DNA of 51,206 nucleotides from a virus (lineage: Duplodnaviria; Caudoviricetes). The stretch spans positions 1-51,206 of the IMG/VR virus record IMGVR_UViG_3300008222_000010. One strand, given 5' to 3'. Position 1 is the stretch's first letter. Each line of letters starts with the position of its first letter. Shown here one piece after another: positions 17,969 to 25,529 of the stretch. The notes below the pieces were generated by a model. The model did no database searches and was not told where the DNA came from. It saw only the letters and a list, made by a program, of their open reading frames with translations. The position numbers were made by a program, and so were the translations under genes.

Positions 17969-18127
17969 TTATCTGTCTACTTCCTCGCTGTCATCGCAGT
18001 AAACGATATACCTTACGGTCTTGTTTTTGTATCCGTCTTGGTCGCGAATCCATGACAAAGCCTCATACAGATTCTTTAGCCCACACAGTCGCCCAATATG
18101 AACTATCATTTCCTCCTGCTCGCTCAT
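17969..18127 (-). CDS. hypothetical protein (52 aa, not in the ORF track)
   Basis: GAGGT RBS, ATGA coupling; MSEQEEMIVHIGRLCG...EEVDR. Confidence 0.55.
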   Translation of the reverse strand: MSEQEEMIVHIGRLCGLKNLYEALSWIRDQDGYKNKTVRYIVYCDDSEEVDR

Positions 18128-18498
18128 TTTGTCACCTCTTTATTATTTAATTTATTTGCGAACTCACTAGCCCTAACATGCGGCTTATCATCAAGCCCTA
18201 ATTCGTAGCGCATGCTTTGCCATTGGCGCTCGCTAATCCCTCTTGACGGATTGTGACATGTTATCATCATCTCCTTGCTTACGTGCATGCGCCCATTACC
18301 AAAAATCCACTCGTCAAGGTTAACCGCCGCGAATTCTAAATCGTTTTGTGGGATGAATTTCCAAGTGGTCAGAAGGTCTGATATTCTGGTAAGGTAGTCG
18401 CCGTCTAGGTCAGCCTTACCATGGCCAGTTGACGTCACGGTCTTGCGTACACCTCTGCGACCCCAAATCTGCCCCACTTTTGGTTTAGGTTGTTTCAT
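18124..18498 (-). CDS. hypothetical protein
   Basis: 124 aa, PKVGQIW N-terminus. Confidence 0.6.
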   Translation of the reverse strand: MKQPKPKVGQIWGRRGVRKTVTSTGHGKADLDGDYLTRISDLLTTWKFIPQNDLEFAAVNLDEWIFGNGRMHVSKEMMITCHNPSRGISERQWQSMRYELGLDDKPHVRASEFANKLNNKEVTK

Positions 18499-18709
18499 TG
18501 TTTAGTACCCTTCCGGCTAAATACAGCTCATGAACGGGAAATGATTCCCACGAATCGCACTCTGATGCCACATCGATTAGCTCGGTTAACGCAAGCTCAA
18601 GCTCATTAACCCTGCCCTCTAGCTCCACCTCTAACTTTTCGTAATACTCAACCAGTAACTCGTTTAGTTGTTCTTTTTTTAGAACGTGACTCATTGTTGG
18701 CTTAATCAT
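18485..18709 (-). CDS. hypothetical protein
   Basis: 74 aa, overlaps its neighbours. Confidence 0.55.
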   Translation of the reverse strand: MIKPTMSHVLKKEQLNELLVEYYEKLEVELEGRVNELELALTELIDVASECDSWESFPVHELYLAGRVLNNETT

Positions 18710-19040
18710 TGTTGTTTCCTCTATTCAGCAAGACCTGAATATCATGTAGCGTTTCCATATCCCATAAATCCGGCGGTGTTTCCATTTGCGGAGTGACGCG
18801 ATTTAGCCTTTTGCTGTTAATCTCATCAATAGCCATATGCAGCTCACGCGACACACTACCAAGCATAGCCTCAAGCTCTTTAATGCGCTCTTGGTTAGCA
18901 TCGTATGCGTTGATAGCATCCTCTGTATACTCCAGTGCTTCCTCGGTCATCTCATTGTATCTACAGTAGATATGTCCTCTCTCGGAAAGCCTTAAGTCTA
19001 CCGCATTCTCAAACACATCGCTCATTTTAATTTTGTTCAT
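18702..19040 (-). CDS. hypothetical protein
   Basis: MNKIKMSDVF...; GGGGA RBS. Confidence 0.6.
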   Translation of the reverse strand: MNKIKMSDVFENAVDLRLSERGHIYCRYNEMTEEALEYTEDAINAYDANQERIKELEAMLGSVSRELHMAIDEINSKRLNRVTPQMETPPDLWDMETLHDIQVLLNRGNNND

Positions 19041-19218
19041 TATCTTCCCCATTAATAATATACTTAGTCACTACAGCTAATTGTGTTGGTTTGTTTTTTG
19101 AGCAATCAAGGGCGTTGTTAGCCAGTAATAGGCACAACTCCTTAGGCTCGTCGTCCCAGTTTCGTAGGGCATTAGCAAGGTCATCGACGATAATCTTCCA
19201 TAGTTTTGCATCGGTCAT
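19027..19218 (-). CDS. hypothetical protein
   Basis: MTDAKLW... after GGAGG RBS. Confidence 0.55.
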   Translation of the reverse strand: MTDAKLWKIIVDDLANALRNWDDEPKELCLLLANNALDCSKNKPTQLAVVTKYIINGEDNEQN

Positions 19219-19280
19219 CTTAACACCCTCCACACTTTATACCACCAATAAATACTAAAACTCCACACTTATTGATACGA

Positions 19281-19315
19281 ATGCCCACCTTACGCTAGCA
19301 GGGTGGGTATGTCAA
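19281..19315 (-). promoter_or_regulatory. sigma70 promoter spanned by an inverted repeat
   Basis: TTGACA-17-TAAGGT; ATACCCACC/GGTGGGCAT arms. Confidence 0.7.
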
Positions 19316-19365
19316 CTTTAATTACAGCCTGTTGGTTGTTTATTTATTAAACAGGCTTTGGATTG

Positions 19366-19665
19366 TTATTTCAGCACTCGGCATTTTGACTTAAATATCG
19401 ACTTGTAGTATTCGCAACCAATGTATCTTGACTTTAACTTATGCGCCTTAATTAAGCTTACAATCCCGACCGTAGGAACTATAGCCAGATACAGCACTGG
19501 TACGTACGCCACTTTAATCAAGTCTAGCAAGCACCACCTTAGGGGGTTGAGGTTAACGTCAGGAAAACCAATAGACACCTCGTTAGCCCATAAATAATGA
19601 AGTCTCCACCTGTACGGCATGGTTTCGAATTCTTTTATATAAACATCTCTTGTTACTGTTTTCAT
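19366..19665 (-). CDS. hypothetical membrane protein
   Basis: 99 aa with one hydrophobic segment; ATGA coupling. Confidence 0.55.
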   Translation of the reverse strand: MKTVTRDVYIKEFETMPYRWRLHYLWANEVSIGFPDVNLNPLRWCLLDLIKVAYVPVLYLAIVPTVGIVSLIKAHKLKSRYIGCEYYKSIFKSKCRVLK

Positions 19666-20354
19666 TTCTTAGTCCACCATACGATTGCGTTGCCTTGGGT
19701 TAGGTATGGACGACAATCGTTAATTCTCACACCGCAATCCACTAGGCCATCACTAAGGCTAACTACGTAATCAACGCCCTTACGCAGCTCTTTGTCATCA
19801 TAATCGTCATCGGCACTAAACTGCTCAATATTAATCGTGTCGCCAACCTCGATGTTATTACGATTATCTTCTGTCACACGCACTCGCTCGGTAACAGCAG
19901 GAATTTGCTTTCCCTGTTGATATTCGCGCAACTCTTCGATAGATATTAGGCTGTCGCGCCATTGGTCTTGCGTTAGGGTTGGCATACGCACAAGTGACAA
20001 TAACGAATAGTCACCATGCTTGACGGTGAAATACTCTTCGCCATCGTGAATTTCTGGCTTGGCGGTGTACGCGTACCACACGCACTCGTCCTCATCATAA
20101 GACAACCACTTAACATCATCAGTAAAAATACCAGCGTCAGGCATATCATCAAGCCACGGGCGAGGGTTTACTTTTGATATGATGTTTAATTCAGGCCTGC
20201 CACCACAGTTTGAGCCATCGTTAAGATGTACGGATGGCAGACGCCCGTCAGCAGCAAACACATAATAAAACCCGTGCCTTGCTATTAACTCGGTCTCGTT
20301 ACCTTCACCATTCAAAAACCTATCACCAACTTCCGAACCTTTTAAATTAATCAT
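19662..20354 (-). CDS. mosaic two-module hypothetical protein
   Basis: start MINLKG after AAGGA; N-part resembles 17159..17650, C-part resembles 22634..23068. Confidence 0.7.
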   Translation of the reverse strand: MINLKGSEVGDRFLNGEGNETELIARHGFYYVFAADGRLPSVHLNDGSNCGGRPELNIISKVNPRPWLDDMPDAGIFTDDVKWLSYDEDECVWYAYTAKPEIHDGEEYFTVKHGDYSLLSLVRMPTLTQDQWRDSLISIEELREYQQGKQIPAVTERVRVTEDNRNNIEVGDTINIEQFSADDDYDDKELRKGVDYVVSLSDGLVDCGVRINDCRPYLTQGNAIVWWTKK

Positions 20355-20556
20355 TTTTATTTTCCTTTTTGTTAACGATAACGACATAGTACAGCCAGTA
20401 GTGGTATTCACTATCATCATCATCATTTAGATCGTCGCACTGCTTCGTCGCGTCATCAACATTGTCGTGAACGCGCACCGTTGTTATCTCGCCCATTTCG
20501 TACTCTGGCATGTTGACAGCCGCAACCTCGTACTCGTATTCGTTAATCATTGTCAT
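20347..20556 (-). CDS. small acidic protein
   Basis: 69 aa with CDDLNDDDDSEY. Confidence 0.55.
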   Translation of the reverse strand: MTMINEYEYEVAAVNMPEYEMGEITTVRVHDNVDDATKQCDDLNDDDDSEYHYWLYYVVIVNKKENKND

Positions 20557-20761
20557 TCTCCAGTGTTATTTTTCCGGTGTAGTCCTCGAAGCAGTCCATG
20601 TTCCACTTTGTCTCGGAATACCCCACGCTATGGCAGCCACTCCTAATCACGGTGCCACACCCGGGCTTAGAAAACAATACAATACCGACAACCCCGACAC
20701 CAATCATTAACTTCGGATACTCACTACCCTTTACTGCCGCTGCTTCTGTTGATTTAATCAT
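20543..20761 (-). CDS. hypothetical phage protein
   Basis: YPKLM...IVLF....GTVI...W....F..Y.G.ITLEN motif; AGGAG RBS. Confidence 0.65.
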   Translation of the reverse strand: MIKSTEAAAVKGSEYPKLMIGVGVVGIVLFSKPGCGTVIRSGCHSVGYSETKWNMDCFEDYTGKITLENDND

Positions 20762-20892
20762 TTCACTCTCCTAAATTTATATTCTTGAGGCTTTAACTTA
20801 TCATCTTTGCGCTTAAATGCAAGGATTACCGCGATAAATATTACAAGCCCGGTTAATAATGCCGCTGCTATTTGGATTGTTAGTGTTGTCAT
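20758..20892 (-). CDS. small single-pass membrane protein (44 aa, not in the ORF track)
   Basis: MTTLTIQIAAALLTGLVIFIAVILAFKRK...; AAGGA RBS; first gene after a promoter. Confidence 0.6.
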   Translation of the reverse strand: MTTLTIQIAAALLTGLVIFIAVILAFKRKDDKLKPQEYKFRRVK

Positions 20893-20938
20893 GGTATTCC
20901 TTAATTAAAGCCCGCATTATTGCTTGCTTGATGTAGCC

Positions 20939-20967
20939 ATATTAATACGGCTTGGTTGTAGTGTCAA
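20939..20967 (-). promoter_or_regulatory. sigma70-type early promoter
   Basis: TTGACA-17-TAATAT; AGCCGTATT/AATATGGCT inverted repeat across the -10. Confidence 0.7.
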
Positions 20968-21233
20968 CACTTTATTTGATTAATATCAAAAAAGATTGCC
21001 AATCTCCTGTGACCGTTAGGTTCAACCAGCTCTATAAACTTCCCATCGCCAGACGCTTTTATTAAAGCGTTGTAGCACGATGAGTTAAATACCGGGGTGT
21101 TCGTAACCACATTTAAAAACACTCTATTATTATACAACTGTAGCCCACTAAAGCAATCACAAGGAGTAAGCTCAAAGCCAATCTGCTTTTTAATTTTCGA
21201 TATTACATTGCTTATAATTTCTGATTCTTTCAT
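20964..21233 (-). CDS. hypothetical protein (single-gene cassette)
   Basis: 89 aa between two promoters. Confidence 0.6.
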   Translation of the reverse strand: MKESEIISNVISKIKKQIGFELTPCDCFSGLQLYNNRVFLNVVTNTPVFNSSCYNALIKASGDGKFIELVEPNGHRRLAIFFDINQIKC

Positions 21234-21263
21234 GGGTTTATTCCGTTTCGTTTCAGTAGGCCT

Positions 21264-21292
21264 ATACTACCTAACCCCTAACTAAGTGTCAA
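21264..21292 (-). promoter_or_regulatory. sigma70-type early promoter
   Basis: AAATAAAGTG-TTGACA-17-TAGTAT. Confidence 0.75.
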
Positions 21293-21300
21293 CACTTTAT

Positions 21301-21477
21301 TTAATATTCTTCATTTATTTTTTCAATCATCTCTTCTAGCGTGTATTGCGACTCATTAATACGCATATCATCATCGCGCATTTCTTTAATTGCCGCGTCA
21401 ATTGCCCGGTTTAGGCGCTCTAGCTGTGCGTTCATCATGTTTCTAGCTATTAAAAGCTCTTTAAGTGCTACGCTCAT
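21301..21477 (-). CDS. small coiled-coil protein (58 aa, not in the ORF track)
   Basis: GAGGT RBS; MSVALKELLIARNMMNAQLERLNRAIDAAIKEMRDDD...EEY. Confidence 0.65.
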   Translation of the reverse strand: MSVALKELLIARNMMNAQLERLNRAIDAAIKEMRDDDMRINESQYTLEEMIEKINEEY

Positions 21478-21533
21478 ATTTACCTCGATTGGTTTACAAG
21501 TGGTTAAAAAATGTACTCAAAAGTTGTCAACGG

Positions 21534-21573
21534 AGACGTCTAGACGTCTAAACATCTAAACGTCCAGATGGCT
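21534..21573. promoter_or_regulatory. tandem array of five Met boxes (host MetJ operator-like)
   Basis: AGACGTCT AGACGTCT AAACATCT AAACGTCC AGATGGCT in exact 8-bp register; MetJ consensus is AGACGTCT; intergenic. Confidence 0.8.
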
Positions 21574-22099
21574 AATTGAGCGATAAATAGTCTAGCACTT
21601 CTTGCTTTGTTAGTGGTGTGTATCTATCGTATGGTGCGTGACCGCTGTATCTCATTAAGCATATATCACCATCACCACTGCGAACCAAACACGGATACTT
21701 AACCGTTACTGGGACTTGCATTTGTACATATTCGGTATCTCTTTTGTAATCATCAAGCTCATCACCATTTACCGCTTTCAATGGGAGATGCCCACGACTA
21801 AATAGCGTAACCTCAGCTAGCGCCTTACCGCTGTTCGCATGCCGATACCCAACAGCCTCACCCATGCGGTCAGCGTCAAATGGTATCCATTCTAGGTTTG
21901 TTGGTTGTTTGAGTTCGAATTTACCGACTAGGTAGCCGTAACCTGACCGATGCACGCCACCTTTGTCGTCAATAACACCAACCTCGCCATCTAGCGCTGA
22001 TATCTTGTAGCTACCATCTTTTGTGAAGCAGCTGCCTGACTCGCCAGCGAAAACAACAACATCCCCAACTTTCAAAGCCTTTGCTTGTTCAATATTCAT
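21572..22099 (-). CDS. hypothetical protein (SH3-like LKVGDVV N-terminus)
   Basis: 175 aa; TAATG coupling. Confidence 0.65.
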   Translation of the reverse strand: MNIEQAKALKVGDVVVFAGESGSCFTKDGSYKISALDGEVGVIDDKGGVHRSGYGYLVGKFELKQPTNLEWIPFDADRMGEAVGYRHANSGKALAEVTLFSRGHLPLKAVNGDELDDYKRDTEYVQMQVPVTVKYPCLVRSGDGDICLMRYSGHAPYDRYTPLTKQEVLDYLSLN

Positions 22100-22401
22100 T
22101 AAATCACCTTCGTATTGTTAATTGAATCTTTCAGCTCTTCGTTTTTAGCCTCAAGAAAATCTATTTCTTCGTTGATACCTTTGCGAATGAATGTCATCGC
22201 AAGCTTGTAGTGCGACTTGACTTCAGTTTGGTGGAAGGCTATTTCAACCTCCGCCTCGCCATTAGTTATGTGTAGTGACCTTTGGTTTCCGCCTAACGTG
22301 GTGCCGCGAAGGCTTTCAAGCGCTTCGATTCTTGACGAATTGCTACGTAGCTGGTCTAACATATCGGTGGTGCGCGCTAGTATTTGCTGGTTAGATTTCA
22401 T
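22099..22401 (-). CDS. hypothetical protein
   Basis: 100 aa, translationally coupled. Confidence 0.6.
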   Translation of the reverse strand: MKSNQQILARTTDMLDQLRSNSSRIEALESLRGTTLGGNQRSLHITNGEAEVEIAFHQTEVKSHYKLAMTFIRKGINEEIDFLEAKNEELKDSINNTKVI

Positions 22402-22637
22402 TATTCCGTTCCTTTCATTTGCGTTAAATCGCCAACGTTTTGCGAGCTAACCACTGTAAACTTGCCAACTAAATTAATTGATTTGAACTTCTTTTTGTTT
22501 GTTCTGCTAATCTTCATCTGAACCAGGTGTGAGTCGTCGGCATGGTTCACCACGGCAACATCGACCCAGTTAGACCACCAACTAAAACGGCCTATTTTTA
22601 CGTCATCCACGGTTAGTACATTTACCTTAGGCATCAC
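22401..22637 (-). CDS. hypothetical protein
   Basis: 78 aa; AGGAGG RBS. Confidence 0.6.
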   Translation of the reverse strand: MMPKVNVLTVDDVKIGRFSWWSNWVDVAVVNHADDSHLVQMKISRTNKKKFKSINLVGKFTVVSSQNVGDLTQMKGTE

Positions 22638-23068
22638 ACATCCTCCTTTTTAATCCACCAAACCACAGCGCCGTTAGTTGTTAGGTCTGGGCAGTACATA
22701 TCGCTACTCGCCGAAATGTGTATACAATCATCGTCACCGCTACCGTCATTGAGAGTAACTTCGTATAGCTCACCTATAGTTAGGTTGAGCTTATACTTGC
22801 GACCCTCATCACTGCTAAACGCCTCAATAACAATAAAATCACCTTTCGGTATTTCACTACGATTGTTCTCAGTAACTAGCGTTCGCACTGGCTCAATCAC
22901 AGTCGCTACAACAGGCTTTTTAGCCACGCCACCTACAGGATAACGCAACCGCTCAAGTGCTGCATCATTGATGCGTGTACGTGTTTCTGAGGCCGCGATA
23001 AGCTTATTTAATTTAATCCGTGCATCTTCTTCGGCTATGTTAGCCATCATTAATTGTTCAATCTTCAT
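22634..23068 (-). CDS. hypothetical protein sharing its C-terminal domain with 19662..20354
   Basis: VTENNR...GD.I.IE.FS.D...DC...P.LT...A.VWW.KK. Confidence 0.7.
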   Translation of the reverse strand: MKIEQLMMANIAEEDARIKLNKLIAASETRTRINDAALERLRYPVGGVAKKPVVATVIEPVRTLVTENNRSEIPKGDFIVIEAFSSDEGRKYKLNLTIGELYEVTLNDGSGDDDCIHISASSDMYCPDLTTNGAVVWWIKKEDV

Positions 23069-23306
23069 TTTGCTCTCCTTTAATACACTGTGTCATTGTG
23101 TAGGTGTGGTGGTCATGTAGCGGCATGGAAACAGCCATAATATCAACTACATCATTAGTTATGGTTGTCATTACGTAGTTTTTATAGGTGGCAGTAGATG
23201 AAACCTTGAATTCACCACCGCGCAAGCCTATCGTAAACACCATCACCATCAATCGATAGGCTTCATCTTTATTGTTACTGTTCACTCTAATCGTTTCAAT
23301 CTTCAT
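23058..23306 (-). CDS. hypothetical protein, tandem paralogue A
   Basis: MKIETI...GLRGGEFK. Confidence 0.65.
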   Translation of the reverse strand: MKIETIRVNSNNKDEAYRLMVMVFTIGLRGGEFKVSSTATYKNYVMTTITNDVVDIMAVSMPLHDHHTYTMTQCIKGEQNED

Positions 23307-23307
23307 T

Positions 23308-23535
23308 TTATTCTCCAATTCTCTTTATAATGTATTTGTGTGAGCGGTCGCCGTCGAGTGTTTTAACTGACTCAATTGAGGTTATACCGTCCGAAAGCTT
23401 TATACCAATAGCGTCTTCGAATACACCAACAGAAACCATCTTAAACTCATCGCCTCTTAATGCCATTGAGAACAGCTCGCCAGCTAACCAGTGCCCGTTA
23501 CCGTCATCGGTGCTACATGTGATCACTGTCTTCAT
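23308..23535 (-). CDS. hypothetical protein, tandem paralogue B
   Basis: MKTVIT...ALRGDEFK. Confidence 0.65.
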   Translation of the reverse strand: MKTVITCSTDDGNGHWLAGELFSMALRGDEFKMVSVGVFEDAIGIKLSDGITSIESVKTLDGDRSHKYIIKRIGE

Positions 23536-23626
23536 CTTCTTCTCCAATATTAACTGTCAACACATACAATAAAGCACTACCGCCAACAAGTAAAGCGGTA
23601 AATGCTAATAGCCCATAAATAATCAT
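23513..23626 (-). CDS. small membrane protein (37 aa, not in the ORF track)
   Basis: MIIYGLLAFTALLVGGSALLYVLTVNIGEEDEDSDHM; ATGA coupling. Confidence 0.5.
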   Translation of the reverse strand: MIIYGLLAFTALLVGGSALLYVLTVNIGEEDEDSDHM

Positions 23627-23805
23627 TCTAAGGACTCAACAACAGCAACCAGCGCACATTTACGGTCACGCGGTAATTCTTTTTCGCAGTGTTTAATTTG
23701 CTCGCCGCTGCCTTTTTGGTAGTTCGGGTCATTGAGCGCGGCAATAAACAAAATAAGCGCGCCAATAGCTATACCGACAGCAATACCATTTACAAACTTA
23801 TCCAT
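23623..23805 (-). CDS. small membrane protein
   Basis: N-terminal TM then CEKELPRDRKC. Confidence 0.6.
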   Translation of the reverse strand: MDKFVNGIAVGIAIGALILFIAALNDPNYQKGSGEQIKHCEKELPRDRKCALVAVVESLE

Positions 23806-23806
23806 A

Positions 23807-24184
23807 TTATCCCACCTTCTTATACATTTTAGTGTTGTTTTGATTATGGAATATAAATCCGGGCGGGTGTATTAATATGGGGGTCTCAGAGTGTCCGCTA
23901 TTTGAGACCACCGAATACTCCCTATAAAGTTCGATACTATCGTTGTCGCCGCGATCCTCAAAAGCTACAGTATCGTACTTGTACACACCACCCACGTTAT
24001 CATCAGTCACCAATTGCCACATAGACGCATCCGTAAAGTCCATACGCGCATTATCTTCATCATTTGATACCATCGTACCAGTGATAATCTTTAGCACCTT
24101 ATGCAGTAATTCTAGGCGTCTGGTTTCGATCGCGATCATTGAATTAAGTCCAGATATCACTTGCTCTTGTTTTGTTGTGTTCAT
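23807..24184 (-). CDS. hypothetical protein
   Basis: 125 aa; C-part LVTDDN...KK is a weak third copy of the shared domain. Confidence 0.6.
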   Translation of the reverse strand: MNTTKQEQVISGLNSMIAIETRRLELLHKVLKIITGTMVSNDEDNARMDFTDASMWQLVTDDNVGGVYKYDTVAFEDRGDNDSIELYREYSVVSNSGHSETPILIHPPGFIFHNQNNTKMYKKVG

Positions 24185-24579
24185 TTCTCATTCTCCACTT
24201 GTGCCAAGATTTCTTTGGCTAGTTTAATTACGTGTTGTGGCGCCTCACGCCATGATAGATTTTTAATAAACTGCTGGTTGAATGGTGTAGTGTTACTGTC
24301 CGCTTCGTCGTGCGAGTCCTGCAAATCGTAAGCAAGCGTTGCTGATATGCATTTACCGCCAGAATTATTTAGTGCTTTTCGTACGGAATAGTCTGTAGCG
24401 CCCTGAGTGTTAAAGCTTTCATCATACTCACTATCATCAATGCCATGCCCGATAATGCATTTGTTTCCGCACGGTGCACGGTACAGGCAGGCGCCATCCG
24501 AGTTAACCGACCGAGCATTCTGCTTAAACATACCCATAAACATCTTGGTTAGTATTTCTGTTTCTGTTAGTTGTTTCAT
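24181..24579 (-). CDS. conserved hypothetical phage protein (possible metal-binding)
   Basis: CLYR..CG.KC.IG...LQDSHD motif. Confidence 0.65.
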   Translation of the reverse strand: MKQLTETEILTKMFMGMFKQNARSVNSDGACLYRAPCGNKCIIGHGIDDSEYDESFNTQGATDYSVRKALNNSGGKCISATLAYDLQDSHDEADSNTTPFNQQFIKNLSWREAPQHVIKLAKEILAQVENEK

Positions 24580-24592
24580 AATATTCCCTTAG

Positions 24593-24736
24593 TTATTCGT
24601 GGTCTTCTTTTGCGTCTTCCCACCCGTCAGACCAGTATTCGGCATCAATTCCAGTGTGGGGGTTGTCGCACTCAGTTTCGCCGTAGTCATAAGCCTCATA
24701 TCCATCTCTATATATCTCTTGGTTGCGTTCGTTCAT
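24593..24736 (-). CDS. acidic Rmf/CrpP-fold-like protein (47 aa, not in the ORF track)
   Basis: AAGGAG RBS; MNERNQEIYRDGYEAYDYGETECDNPHTGIDAEYWSDGWEDAKEDHE matches the GYxA...G...P......WxxGW..A pattern. Confidence 0.7.
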   Translation of the reverse strand: MNERNQEIYRDGYEAYDYGETECDNPHTGIDAEYWSDGWEDAKEDHE

Positions 24737-24769
24737 TTTTCACTCCTTTGCCCCGAAGGGCGTTAATGT

Positions 24770-24979
24770 TTATACGAAGTAGCTATTGCAAATCCATTTG
24801 CCATCTTTTTCTTTTACCGCAACGGTATCGCCATTTAATTCAAGCTCGATGATTGTGCCATCAAATGCTTGTAGTGATGACGCCTTGCGTTTAGCTGCTG
24901 TCAAGTTCTTAGCTTCGAATGTAACGCCTTCGCGTTGTGAGTTCGTGTTTTGCTTTTCGGTCATTGTGTAAGTGTTCAT
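24770..24979 (-). CDS. acrIF9: anti-CRISPR protein AcrIF9 homologue
   Basis: Y...E.QN.NS.REG...E...L..AKR.AS..Q.F.GT......G.....KE....W matches the recalled AcrIF9 sequence end to end; 69 aa; first gene after a strong promoter. Confidence 0.85.
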   Translation of the reverse strand: MNTYTMTEKQNTNSQREGVTFEAKNLTAAKRKASSLQAFDGTIIELELNGDTVAVKEKDGKWICNSYFV

Positions 24980-25021
24980 AATATTTCCTTAGTTAATTGT
25001 CGTTTCGTTTTATCTGCAACC

Positions 25022-25049
25022 ATCATAACAGCCTGATATCGCATGTCAA
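25022..25049 (-). promoter_or_regulatory. strong early promoter driving the acrIF9 operon
   Basis: A/T UP tract, TTGACA-16-TATGAT with TG extension. Confidence 0.8.
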
Positions 25050-25119
25050 CAATTTATTTGATTAATCTATACATGTAATAAAAACGTGTATAGATAATGG
25101 GATTATGTGTGCATGTTGG

Positions 25120-25480
25120 TTGAAAAAGTCGTTAGCAGAGAATTCGGAGGGGCTACCGACTTTGCTACCGACTTTTCTTCTCTAAGTTATTGAATATATT
25201 ATATATATAGATATATATATATAGTTAATAGTTAATAGTTAATAGTTATCCTTCTTTTTTTTAAAAATACCTAAAAACAGACTATAAGTAAACTCTCTTT
25301 TAACTATTAAGTGTGTATATCTATATATGTATCTATACTACTGCTATCGACTTTTGACTTTCGACCAGCGGCTTTTGGCTTTTACTTCATAAGAATCAGT
25401 CACTTAAAAGTAAAACTCGCAAGTAAAGTCGTGCGTTATCGACTTTTCTCCTGCTATCGACTCCTGACTTTCGGTTAAAA
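25120..25480. other. putative replication origin
   Basis: multiple GCTA(C/T/A)CGACT iterons (25124, 25152, 25164, 25341, 25451) flanking an (AT)n tract and (TAGTTAA)x4 at 25222-25248; directly downstream of the primase gene. Confidence 0.75.
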
Positions 25481-25486
25481 AACGCA

Positions 25487-25510
25487 CAAAAAAGCCGCAA
25501 TTAAGCGGCT
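25487..25510 (-). terminator. intrinsic terminator after the primase gene
   Basis: AGCCGC-ttaatt-GCGGCT plus a T run. Confidence 0.75.
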
Positions 25511-25529
25511 AAGTGATATTGACTTGTAT

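Noticed and set aside
19326-19357. AGCCTGTT/AACAGGCT inverted repeat as a LexA box
   Set aside because: The spacing is far longer than CTGT-N8-ACAG; more likely a weak RNA hairpin at a cassette end.
23553-23561. GTTGACA on the minus strand as a promoter
   Set aside because: It lies within a small ORF and has no -10 at a 16-18 nt spacing.
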